IMG/VR virus record: IMGVR_UViG_3300042477_000769
DNA from: a virus
Taxonomy: Duplodnaviria > Caudoviricetes
Strand: one strand, 5' to 3'
DNA length: 64,000 nucleotides
The notes under the pieces were generated by a model, which was given only the letters and a program-made list of their open reading frames with translations, did no database searches and was not told the DNA's origin. Shown one piece after another: positions 10,081 through 18,605 of this stretch; the first letter of the stretch is position 1, and the number at the start of each line of letters is the position of its first letter. The position numbers and the translations under genes are program-made.

Positions 10081-10405
10081 GTTTAAAATTGATGCGACTA
10101 ATCCTGACAATATCAGTAATAAACCCACTAATGAAGCTGAGACTCGTAAAAAGTTTTTAACCGTGGCTAGTTGGGCCGGTCGTCAAAAAGATATGTTAAC
10201 TTTGTTTTATAAATTTGATAAATTAAGAAGAGAAGCTAAAACAGAAGAACAAAAAAAAGATCTAGGTAAAATCGGAGCGATTGAAGTATATAGATTATTA
10301 GGAGATTGTTTTGCTACTTTAAAAGCTAATGGAGCTTTAGTTCTTCCCGGTGTCGAACGTGGAGAATTATGGGTAGACGGAGAATTAGTATATAAAGAGA
10401 AATGA
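10073..10405 (+). CDS. Hypothetical protein (start revised to 10073)
   Basis: SD GGAG at 10063 upstream of ATG 10073. Confidence 0.6.
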   Translation: MSKFKIDATNPDNISNKPTNEAETRKKFLTVASWAGRQKDMLTLFYKFDKLRREAKTEEQKKDLGKIGAIEVYRLLGDCFATLKANGALVLPGVERGELWVDGELVYKEK

Positions 10406-10421
10406 TACGATTAAATCTTAA

Positions 10422-10471
10422 GTTTTAAGTAATTACGCCTACTTAAAACCAAAAAATTATTAAAGGGCGTA
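10422..10471 (+). promoter_or_regulatory. Predicted H-type RNA pseudoknot in the cold-shock gene leader
   Basis: S1: GTTTTAAGTA 10422-31 pairs with TACTTAAAAC 10440-49 (10 bp). S2: TACGCC 10434-39 pairs with GGCGTA 10466-71 (6 bp). SD AGGA at 10475. Confidence 0.65.
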
Positions 10472-10484
10472 TTTAGGATAAGAC

Positions 10485-10724
10485 ATGAGTGAAAATAAAA
10501 AACATTATGGTGAAGTTATCTTTTTTGATCCCAAAAAAGGTTATGGTTTCTTAGAATGGCGGAGCGAAGCCGGAGAACGACAAAAGGATCTTTTTGTTCA
10601 TTTCTCTGATGTAGTCTGTGATGGCTTTAAAACTCTGTTCAAAGGACAAAAAGTTTCTTTTGGATTAGGCACCAATATGAGAGGTGAGCCTAAAGCCACT
10701 GAAGTAACCGTACTCAGACATTGA
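10485..10724 (+). CDS. csp: Cold-shock domain protein (CspA family)
   Basis: RNP1 KGYGFL, RNP2 LFVHFS and GFKTL.GQKVSF. Confidence 0.95.
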   Translation: MSENKKHYGEVIFFDPKKGYGFLEWRSEAGERQKDLFVHFSDVVCDGFKTLFKGQKVSFGLGTNMRGEPKATEVTVLRH

Positions 10725-10725
10725 G

Positions 10726-11010
10726 TTATTTTTTTAGAAATATTTGAATTATTTGAATGACTAAAGAAAGCAATCCAGTAATGAATAATACTTGAATTCG
10801 AAATAAATCTTTATTAGTAGCATCAGCCTGAACTAAGATTTTATCTATTTTCTTATCTTGTTCAGTTTGATTCTTTTTAATTTCATTTAAAGAACCAATC
10901 ACCTCTTCATTTTGGTCTGCGACTTCGGTTTGAATTTCAATAGATTTTTTGTTAACCTCTAAAATGAAGTCCAGGTCTTGTTTCTTTACATTATCATTTC
11001 GTTCGGGCAT
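10726..11010 (-). CDS. Coiled-coil protein with a C-terminal transmembrane helix
   Basis: Heptad-like N-terminus; hydrophobic IQVLFITGLLSLVIQIIQIFL followed by KK. Confidence 0.65.
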   Translation of the reverse strand: MPERNDNVKKQDLDFILEVNKKSIEIQTEVADQNEEVIGSLNEIKKNQTEQDKKIDKILVQADATNKDLFRIQVLFITGLLSLVIQIIQIFLKK

Positions 11011-11029
11011 GCCTGGTTCCTTAGGTTAA

Positions 11030-11200
11030 TTATTTTGTTTTCTTACTAGCCTTTCTGGTCTTTATTTTATTAATTACCTTTTCGCATTTTTCATTCAAAT
11101 TTTTATACTCTTCCAAAATTTCATCCAGGTGCTCAATATTAGCTGGCTCTGGAGGGTCCATAGTATCATTAGATGTACTCACTAATCGTTTAAGAGACAT
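11030..11200 (-). CDS. 56-aa protein absent from the ORF track (MSLKRLVSTSND...TRKASKKTK)
   Basis: Hand-translated; SD AAGGTG upstream; fills the gap between two co-oriented genes. Confidence 0.7.
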   Translation of the reverse strand: MSLKRLVSTSNDTMDPPEPANIEHLDEILEEYKNLNEKCEKVINKIKTRKASKKTK

Positions 11201-11202
11201 AA

Positions 11203-11589
11203 TCACACCTTTTTTCGAAGATTATCCAAATCTACCATATCGGCATTTTCTTTAGCAAATTCTTCATCAGACATATTTAATTCTTCATAGGTATCTTCTT
11301 TAATAGCAAAAATAGAGCGTTCTCGAGAAGGAATATTACTATTTTGTTGAAAAGACATTTGTGCTTTAGCGATTATGGGAGCCACTTTTCTTACTACTAA
11401 CTTATCCCGTTTCTTAAATAAAGAACCGGATTCAGCAGATTTTTTTAATTGCTCTAAATTATAGTAGTAGTGACGAGTATCCATTAAATTAACCGAAGTG
11501 TAAGCTTTAATAGTCAGATTCAAATCTGATAAGCTAACATTTCGATTAGAAATATTGGTAATCCAAAACTCTGGATGGGTTTTATCCAT
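11203..11589 (-). CDS. Hypothetical protein, probably leaderless
   Basis: 128-aa ORF; no SD; -10 box 6 nt before the ATG. Confidence 0.7.
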   Translation of the reverse strand: MDKTHPEFWITNISNRNVSLSDLNLTIKAYTSVNLMDTRHYYYNLEQLKKSAESGSLFKKRDKLVVRKVAPIIAKAQMSFQQNSNIPSRERSIFAIKEDTYEELNMSDEEFAKENADMVDLDNLRKKV

Positions 11590-11595
11590 GATATC

Positions 11596-11624
11596 AGTAT
11601 ATTTTTTTATTAGTTGCTTTCCAA
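11596..11624 (-). promoter_or_regulatory. Sigma70-type promoter, leaderless geometry
   Basis: Minus strand TTGGAA-N17-TATACT-N6-ATG(11589). Confidence 0.55.
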
Positions 11625-11665
11625 GAATTTATCAAAAAAGATATTATTAGTTTTGCATGTAGGGT

Positions 11666-12007
11666 ATGAGCAACATTTTGCAATATATGCCAGGAATGCA
11701 GGCGACAATTTATTTAGAAACCAAAAGTAGTGATGGTTATCGAACAGATAGTCCCACTCTCCCAATGGTCAATAAAATTATTTTTCCGGCATTAACCTTA
11801 GCAGCTAACTATCCGAGTCCAATGACCAAAGTAGAGACTGGATTATATGTAGCTCAATTTACTCTTCCTACCGGAGCGGCTTCGATTGGCAGTTATTTAG
11901 TCGATATCTCCTATACTCATCCTACTACTAATATAGTAAATACTGATATTTATCAGGTTATTGTGACAGCACCCTATGGCAATTTTACAGTTAATACTAC
12001 TATATAA
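11666..12007 (+). CDS. Small Ig-like/beta-sandwich virion protein
   Basis: TGLYVAQFTLP...GSYLVDISY resembles the N-terminus of the next gene (IGKYSYIFTIP...GVFQDIWEG). Confidence 0.5.
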   Translation: MSNILQYMPGMQATIYLETKSSDGYRTDSPTLPMVNKIIFPALTLAANYPSPMTKVETGLYVAQFTLPTGAASIGSYLVDISYTHPTTNIVNTDIYQVIVTAPYGNFTVNTTI

Positions 12008-12034
12008 ATCTCATTAGAGATTGGAGACTTAATC

Positions 12035-12934
12035 ATGGTAATCAAAGCACGCGGAGAAACTTTAGATGTGACGGATCAAGTTAATTTGATCGTACAATTT
12101 AAAGATTCAGCAGGAAGCCCAGTTAATACTGATTCGTTTCCTAGAATTTCTATTGTTCAACCCAGCGGATTAGTCTTATTAGCTCCAACTTCTGCCGGAG
12201 TAACCCAAGTAGGTATCGGTAAATACTCTTATATTTTTACTATCCCTATTAATGGACCTTATGGGGTGTTTCAAGATATTTGGGAAGGGTATATTAATGG
12301 ATTTCGAGTGGAAGCCTTATTTAATTTTGTCGTGGTTAAAACCGATATTCCAGCAATCAATACTGATGGTTATGCTCATTTAGGTGATAGTGTTCCTTTT
12401 AATTACTCCCAAGCGGCCATTAAAAATATTAATAAATTATTAAAATCATTACGAGCCAGATTAAATAGTCAAGGTAAAGCCAAAGCCACAGATAGTTATG
12501 GTAATGTTATTTATGTAGATTGTGATATTTTTTCTATTGATATGTTAGTTACTTTCTTAGCTACTGCTTTATGGGACTTTAATCAAGTGCCATTTTTTAC
12601 ATTCTTTCAATTTGATGATGATAATTTCGTTGAACAATTTGGAGAAATTTTAGTAGAAGGTGCCACCCTCTATGCTTTAGCGTCTAAAGCGTTAATTGAA
12701 AGAGGAAGAGAGTTTCAAATTACCGATAATGGATTAAATTTTAATCCTCCTACCGTGAGTGATTTGATGAATACTCAGTATAGTAGTTTGTTGAGCCATT
12801 ACTGGGAAAAGTTGAAGTTCATAAAAGCCTCCCTCCGCCCTGCCCCTCGTGGCCTGGGCGTCTTTGGGATGAGTTCGGGGCTGAACCCGGCCTTCGCTAG
12901 ATTAAGACATCTGCGGGCACGCAGATTAATCTAG
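12035..12934 (+). CDS. Putative head-tail adaptor (neck) protein with an N-terminal Ig-like domain
   Basis: Helical C-terminal half with the adaptor-like pattern ALASKALIERGREFQITDNGLNF; position upstream of the tail module. Confidence 0.5.
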   Translation: MVIKARGETLDVTDQVNLIVQFKDSAGSPVNTDSFPRISIVQPSGLVLLAPTSAGVTQVGIGKYSYIFTIPINGPYGVFQDIWEGYINGFRVEALFNFVVVKTDIPAINTDGYAHLGDSVPFNYSQAAIKNINKLLKSLRARLNSQGKAKATDSYGNVIYVDCDIFSIDMLVTFLATALWDFNQVPFFTFFQFDDDNFVEQFGEILVEGATLYALASKALIERGREFQITDNGLNFNPPTVSDLMNTQYSSLLSHYWEKLKFIKASLRPAPRGLGVFGMSSGLNPAFARLRHLRARRLI

Positions 12935-12946
12935 CTCCCGCGCCCG

Positions 12947-13708
12947 CTAAACTCTTTTATTGCTATCTAATAAATTCATTTTAGAAGAATAAGGCCGAAG
13001 ATTATTAAGTCCCCAGCAGGCTAAAAATTGAGGGTCAGCCATAGAAGTAAAATAAAAAGAAGATTGCGGAATAATATGATCTATTTGCCAAGTCCAAGTA
13101 GATGGATCATGATCTTGCCAACTATTTTTTCGATAGGAACCATAATTACTCCAATGCATCCAGGGTTCAAATTGTGACTCCAAATGTTGAATTAAATTAT
13201 CAATAGAATATCCTAAATAATCTAAACAAGAGTTCTTCTGTTTAGCAGAACCAACAGATTTTAAATAATTATTAATGCTGGCAGAAATATTATAACGCAG
13301 CTTAAAACTTATCTTAGTGGAGCGTTGATAGCGCTGATAATGTCGATGATATTCTCTAATCTGTTTTATATTATTAGCTTGATATATTTTATTTTGTTCC
13401 AAAATACGTTGTTTGTTTAATGAATAATAATTTTTATTGTACTCTTTCTTTTCTTCTGGATGTTGTTGATAAGATTGAGATTCTGTTAATAAGATTTTCT
13501 CTTTATTATCTTGGTAGTACTTTTGTTTGCGGTGTTGTATGGCAGATTTATTATTTTGATAATAAGTTTTATCATATTGTTGTTGATAATTTTTAATTTT
13601 ATCTTTATTTTTAGCTCGATATTCTCTCATGCGAATGGTATTACAGTCAGTACACAATCCATTCTTTTTAACATGGCTTTCTTGTTGACAATTCATACAA
13701 GCTTTCAT
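12947..13708 (-). CDS. HNH endonuclease (homing-like) with a zinc finger and ~15-aa helical repeats
   Basis: HLESQFEPWMHWSNYG...WQIDHIIPQS...NNLRPYSSKMN. Confidence 0.85.
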   Translation of the reverse strand: MKACMNCQQESHVKKNGLCTDCNTIRMREYRAKNKDKIKNYQQQYDKTYYQNNKSAIQHRKQKYYQDNKEKILLTESQSYQQHPEEKKEYNKNYYSLNKQRILEQNKIYQANNIKQIREYHRHYQRYQRSTKISFKLRYNISASINNYLKSVGSAKQKNSCLDYLGYSIDNLIQHLESQFEPWMHWSNYGSYRKNSWQDHDPSTWTWQIDHIIPQSSFYFTSMADPQFLACWGLNNLRPYSSKMNLLDSNKRV

Positions 13709-14193
13709 TTTTTTAGTGGAAACGTAATGGTCATTCCATTTTTTTCAGTCGATAAAAATAAATCATTAACGGTGTGTTTTATTTCTGGTATTGAAAAAGA
13801 AGATATTTCAGAATCATGGAATGACAGAGTAATATGAGGGGTAAAATCTCTAAAAATTTTAGAGAATTCAATATTATTATTTTCTAATGTTTGTATTATT
13901 TTATTTCTAATAGAAAATAAAGGTAATGATTTCACTTTTGCAAAAATAGGAACTGGAGTGTTGGCTATTTTAGGGAAACAAGCAATAGTTTTAGTAGTAA
14001 TATCAAATGGTTCGCAATTTTTAATAGTATCATAAAGAATTGGCAATATGGCGGACGCTTTAGCTATTGATAATTTATCAAAATAAACTAAAGTAATATG
14101 GTAATTAATAATTTCTTCTTTAGTGCCAGGGAGGTTAACTTTAACAAGTTGAGTTCCAATATTTTCTGGTATTTTTATTCCGAGGTAAGCCAT
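13705..14193 (-). CDS. 2H phosphoesterase (ThpR/Acb1-like)
   Basis: Two HxT motifs: YHITLVY and FTPHITLSF. Confidence 0.85.
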   Translation of the reverse strand: MAYLGIKIPENIGTQLVKVNLPGTKEEIINYHITLVYFDKLSIAKASAILPILYDTIKNCEPFDITTKTIACFPKIANTPVPIFAKVKSLPLFSIRNKIIQTLENNNIEFSKIFRDFTPHITLSFHDSEISSFSIPEIKHTVNDLFLSTEKNGMTITFPLKK

Positions 14194-14199
14194 GCATTC

Positions 14200-14228
14200 A
14201 ATATAACCCGTTTAGTTTCTCATATTAA
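14200..14228 (-). promoter_or_regulatory. Sigma70-type promoter, leaderless geometry
   Basis: Minus strand TTAATA-N17-TATATT-N6-ATG(14193); no SD. Confidence 0.5.
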
Positions 14229-14261
14229 TGAGAAAATATATGTGTTAATTGGCATTTATAT

Positions 14262-14771
14262 GTGAAAAAAATTCCGTTAGCTGAGATTAAAGCCTTACCT
14301 CCTACTTTTTTTCTTCGTTTGATCAAAAAAATGAAGAAAAAACTTAAGGAAGATGAAGTAATGCGTAAAATCTTCCAAGAATATGAGACAGATATCAATG
14401 AATTGGATTTTTATCCGATGAAATTTGGTAATTTAGACGTGTCAGCTAAAACAGATCATGGAATTATTATTTTTAATTATAAGCTATTGTGTGATGGTGA
14501 TTTCGAAAAAGATTATAGTTATGCTATTCATGAAGTTACCCATGTTTTACAGCAAACGACCGGCAATAAACCCACTCAAGGGGCAGATGATGGAAGTTAT
14601 CTAGATAATCCTCATGAAAAAGAAGGTTTTCAAAATCAAGTAGAATATATTGCTAATGATTTAGGAGAAGAGGCCGCAGAAGATTATGTGGATAACTTAT
14701 TAGAGTATCATGATATTGAAGACAATAAAGAATTCAAAAATAAAAAAGAAACCTTGATGTCTAAGGTGTAA
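14262..14771 (+). CDS. Zincin-like metallopeptidase domain protein
   Basis: YAIHEVTHVLQQ (HExxH) and a downstream YLDNPHEKEGF glutamate motif. Confidence 0.7.
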   Translation: MKKIPLAEIKALPPTFFLRLIKKMKKKLKEDEVMRKIFQEYETDINELDFYPMKFGNLDVSAKTDHGIIIFNYKLLCDGDFEKDYSYAIHEVTHVLQQTTGNKPTQGADDGSYLDNPHEKEGFQNQVEYIANDLGEEAAEDYVDNLLEYHDIEDNKEFKNKKETLMSKV

Positions 14772-14782
14772 CTGGAGTAATC

Positions 14783-16735
14783 ATGGTATTTTATCCTAAT
14801 CCCGTTAGAGCTGGAACACAAGTAGTTAGTAGTTTAGGCGATGGTTATACTATTAATGTCAAATGGTTTCAAGCCATTCCATCCGTTAAAAGCAATAAAA
14901 TTGCGTATAATATTTATTATTCAACAGTTAAAGACGCGGTGTTTTTAGAAGGGCCCAAATTACTATCTATTGATGAATGTTTGGAAGCCAATATTATTGG
15001 TTTAACGCCAGGACAAGAATATTTTGTGGCAGTCCGGCCCATTGAATATAATTCTAATTTTTATAATTTATCATTATTACCTATTGCTCATGATAATTTA
15101 AGATATTACCCACAAAGCATTTTACGAGAAAATATCACTAATAGTTCTTTACTTATTCCTTTATTAGATGTGACTGATTTTCCTTCTACCGGTGTTATTA
15201 AAGTAGGAGTTGAGTTAATTCAATATTCTTCTGTGGATATTGCCAATAACAATTTAATTGTTCCCGCTCCTACTGCCGCTACTCCCGCCCAATTGGTTGA
15301 TTTAGGTGGTGGTAATTTTTATGAACCTTTAGTCTCCAATGTAGGACAAGGTAGTATAAATAATTTATCTGTAGGAACTGGAATTACTGAAACCTGGACA
15401 ATTCGATGTGTAGGAGTACAGAGAGATCCTTCTAATAATCCAATTGCTAATACGGCTAAATTTATTGCTATTGGATCCATTACTGGAACTCGATATGATG
15501 GATATGGTAATCAAATTATTTGGCAAGCTAATGGTACAGTAGTTAGTAATGGAGTATTAACTTTTGGAATTACAGAAACTTCTCCAGTTTTTCGTGAGGG
15601 AGATGGATTTAGGGTAGAAGTAATTGGAGCAGTAGCCGGAAGTAGTGGAGGAAGAGGCTATGATAATAGCGTAGCTCGGTTACATACTACTGCTGGATTT
15701 GATGGTTTGCGTATTTGGGACACTAATATTCCATTTTTTGTCATTGGAGAAAGCCAGATGTTTGACCGTATTTTTATGTGTCAATCTAGGTTTGAATATC
15801 CTAATCATGCATTTACCTTAGTAGATGGGTATCATCAAGTATTAACAGATATTTTATCTACTGATTTATCGGAAGCCGATGCTTCTAACGTTAATTTTCC
15901 AATGTATGATTATGCTGGATATCATCGTACAGATCCAGTACAATTATTAAATGGCACTTGTGTGGGCAGCTATTTAGGCGGAGAGCAAGGGTGCATTGAT
16001 GGATACGGCAATTTTCAAATATTTAGAGGCATGTCATTACAGGATCAAAACACTCAACGTCAAGAGATTTTGTTATCAGTCACAGGAAGAGATGCAATTT
16101 TAATTCGTCGAGTCCAAACTGGAATTACCTGTTCTTGTTATTTAGCCTCTAGTGAATATCAAGATGATAGATGTCCTAAATGTTATGGAACTAAATTTGT
16201 GTTTGGTTACCAGCAATATTTTAATCCTAGAATTTCTAGTGGTCGTATTAGAGTCAGAATTGGCCCCACACCAGAAGGATTAAAAATGTATGAAGCTGGT
16301 TTAGAGTCAGAGTTCCCAATTGATGTTTGGACATTAACCGTACCAACTATTAAAATGAGAGATGTAATAGTATTATTTGATCAAACTGGAGTTAATGAAG
16401 AATTTCGATATGAGGTGACTGAAGTTAATAGAAATAATACTATTGTAGGATTACAAGGTGGCCAAAAATTTAGAGCTATTCGAGTCAGAAAAACAGATCC
16501 AATTTATCAAATTAGAGTGTTTAGAGATAGCTCTATGTTTCCGAGTAAATTAAATACTAGCATTGGATTTGTCACAGGAATACCACCACATACTCATGAA
16601 ATTACGGTAAGTGAAAAAATAACTGCGGTTAATCAAATTAATCAAACAACTGATATTTCTGCTTCTCATAATCATCCCATTGTTAATGGGGTAGTCATGG
16701 AAGTATTAGGACATACTCATACGATTATTATTTGA
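14783..16735 (+). CDS. Putative head-closure/neck protein with an FN3-like N-terminus, a Zn-binding Cys cluster and a His-rich tail
   Basis: INVKW...YNIYY...YFVAVR (FN3-like); CSC...CPKC; beta-barrel C-terminal half (RYEVTEVNR). Confidence 0.55.
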   Translation: MVFYPNPVRAGTQVVSSLGDGYTINVKWFQAIPSVKSNKIAYNIYYSTVKDAVFLEGPKLLSIDECLEANIIGLTPGQEYFVAVRPIEYNSNFYNLSLLPIAHDNLRYYPQSILRENITNSSLLIPLLDVTDFPSTGVIKVGVELIQYSSVDIANNNLIVPAPTAATPAQLVDLGGGNFYEPLVSNVGQGSINNLSVGTGITETWTIRCVGVQRDPSNNPIANTAKFIAIGSITGTRYDGYGNQIIWQANGTVVSNGVLTFGITETSPVFREGDGFRVEVIGAVAGSSGGRGYDNSVARLHTTAGFDGLRIWDTNIPFFVIGESQMFDRIFMCQSRFEYPNHAFTLVDGYHQVLTDILSTDLSEADASNVNFPMYDYAGYHRTDPVQLLNGTCVGSYLGGEQGCIDGYGNFQIFRGMSLQDQNTQRQEILLSVTGRDAILIRRVQTGITCSCYLASSEYQDDRCPKCYGTKFVFGYQQYFNPRISSGRIRVRIGPTPEGLKMYEAGLESEFPIDVWTLTVPTIKMRDVIVLFDQTGVNEEFRYEVTEVNRNNTIVGLQGGQKFRAIRVRKTDPIYQIRVFRDSSMFPSKLNTSIGFVTGIPPHTHEITVSEKITAVNQINQTTDISASHNHPIVNGVVMEVLGHTHTIII

Positions 16736-16784
16736 AATAATAATAAAAGGACATACAGATAAATCTTTATAATACGAGAAATTA

Positions 16785-18140
16785 ATGGCAAACCCTCCAA
16801 ATCCTACAAACCCTAATATTACTACTGGCGCGACTACGGGCCGAGTAGCGGCAGATCGATATGATTTTCAAAAACATATAGTAGGAGAAGATTTTCGACA
16901 TGATGGCTATTCTTTAGATTTAACACCACCCGTCGTTATTAATTCAGTATCTTATCCTAATGTTCATGCCGCTATTTCTCAGCTAGCTAATTTAATAAAT
17001 CCACCACCTCCGCCTGATGCCACGGCTTCAGTTAAAGGTTTAGTAAGATTAGCTGGCGATTTAGCCGGAACCAGTACCAGTGCGTTAACTCCCAGAGTTT
17101 CTGGTTTACAAGGATATCCAGTTAATACTTTAACTCCTACTTCGGGTCAAATCTTAACTTGGAATGGTAGTGCTTGGGGCCCAGCAGCCGCTCCTGTTAG
17201 TTTTACCGCAGGTGGAGATTTAACAGGGTCTAGTACTGATCAAGAGGTAATAAGTTTATCTGGAGCGGCTAATCTAGTTACTATGTTATGTGGAATTTTT
17301 ACCTGGGATCCTGCTATTAGCAATCCAACTATTTCACAACTAGCAGAGCCATCAACTAATGCAAGAAATTTAACAGTAGTAGCTCAATCTGCCACCGCAT
17401 CAGCTACAAATGGGGGCGCTTTAAGACTTAGAGGCGGAACTAGTGGAGCTGGTGGTTTAGGTGGAGGAATAGAATTTCAAGTGGCAGGACAAAGATTATT
17501 ACATGCGTCAGAAGTTGCTTCGGGTCGTAGAGTTTTAGCTTTAGCTGGTAGTAGCAATGTTACTACAACTAATATGCCCGCTAATACTGGAGATAGAGTT
17601 ATTTTTATTCATGATAGTGCGACTGCGCCTACTACTGGCATTCCAGTAGGCGGAGTTATTTTATATTCCAAAGCAGGAGTATTGTGGAATAAAAATGCTG
17701 ATGGTTATGATTTTGCAATTGGATCTAGCCCTAATCCTAGAATAAATGGAGATGAAAAAACTTCATTTATATTTGAATATCGTGCAGAAGTTGTTACGAC
17801 TACTGGAACAACAGATGAGATGTTTACTAAAATTTTTAGTGATCCTAATTTTTTTGACTCGACTGTGAGAGTAGAAGCCAAGATTTTAGGCAGACAAAAT
17901 CCTACAGCTAATGCTATGATTGTTAATTTAACCAATTCTTATGTTGTTAATAGTGCTGGAACATTAACTGCTATGGGTGTTATTAGTAGTATAGACCCTA
18001 GAAATACTGCTGGAGCCTCTGGTTGGACTGTTCCAACTATTACTATTTCTGGAAACAAATTAGATATAGTGTCTGGAGCCAATGCGTCAACAACTATTCA
18101 TTGGGCCGCATTTATCAATATATATGTCAATCACTATTAA
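16785..18140 (+). CDS. Fibre/whisker-like trimeric virion protein
   Basis: PDATASVKGLVRLAGDLAG and GQILTWNGSAW.P fibre motifs; Gly/Thr/Ala-rich. Confidence 0.65.
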   Translation: MANPPNPTNPNITTGATTGRVAADRYDFQKHIVGEDFRHDGYSLDLTPPVVINSVSYPNVHAAISQLANLINPPPPPDATASVKGLVRLAGDLAGTSTSALTPRVSGLQGYPVNTLTPTSGQILTWNGSAWGPAAAPVSFTAGGDLTGSSTDQEVISLSGAANLVTMLCGIFTWDPAISNPTISQLAEPSTNARNLTVVAQSATASATNGGALRLRGGTSGAGGLGGGIEFQVAGQRLLHASEVASGRRVLALAGSSNVTTTNMPANTGDRVIFIHDSATAPTTGIPVGGVILYSKAGVLWNKNADGYDFAIGSSPNPRINGDEKTSFIFEYRAEVVTTTGTTDEMFTKIFSDPNFFDSTVRVEAKILGRQNPTANAMIVNLTNSYVVNSAGTLTAMGVISSIDPRNTAGASGWTVPTITISGNKLDIVSGANASTTIHWAAFINIYVNHY

Positions 18141-18186
18141 TATTCAATGAATACTAATTAAATTGTATCCAATACAAGGAGTTTGT

Positions 18187-18567
18187 ATGGAACAAATCTT
18201 TTTAGGATTTATAACCTGGCAATTTTTATTTTTTTGTTTAGCTCTTGGTGCATTAGTATATGTAGTTAGAACTTCAGTAGAATTTGCTTTACATAATACT
18301 AACAAAAATGCAAAGTGGTGGAGAGAATTGGTTCTCCCAATTTTTCCAATTGTGTTAGGTCCAACAGTTACTTTTTTTATTACTGTTTATCCATATCCTG
18401 AAGGATTTGATGGTGCCGGAGGTCGTTGGATTTTCGGATTAGTCGCGGGTTTTACTTCTGGATTTGTAGTAAGAATTTATAAATCTTGGCTATCTGGTAA
18501 AGTAACTGATTTAATCAGCCGACTAAAAGTAACCTTAACGCCAAATAAAGAAGAACCAAAAGAATAA
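18187..18567 (+). CDS. Membrane protein with three hydrophobic segments, holin-like (start revised to 18187)
   Basis: SD AGGAG at 18177; three hydrophobic stretches and a charged C-terminus. Confidence 0.55.
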   Translation: MEQIFLGFITWQFLFFCLALGALVYVVRTSVEFALHNTNKNAKWWRELVLPIFPIVLGPTVTFFITVYPYPEGFDGAGGRWIFGLVAGFTSGFVVRIYKSWLSGKVTDLISRLKVTLTPNKEEPKE

Positions 18568-18605
18568 TAACAAATTTAGTTATATAAATTACCGATGGTA
18601 GGATT

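Noticed and set aside
10422-10471. preQ1-I riboswitch
   Set aside because: Similar topology, but the conserved loop and tail nucleotides are missing and no queuosine gene is downstream.
13685-13690. TTGACA as a plus-strand promoter
   Set aside because: No -10 box at a suitable spacing; it lies inside a minus-strand CDS.
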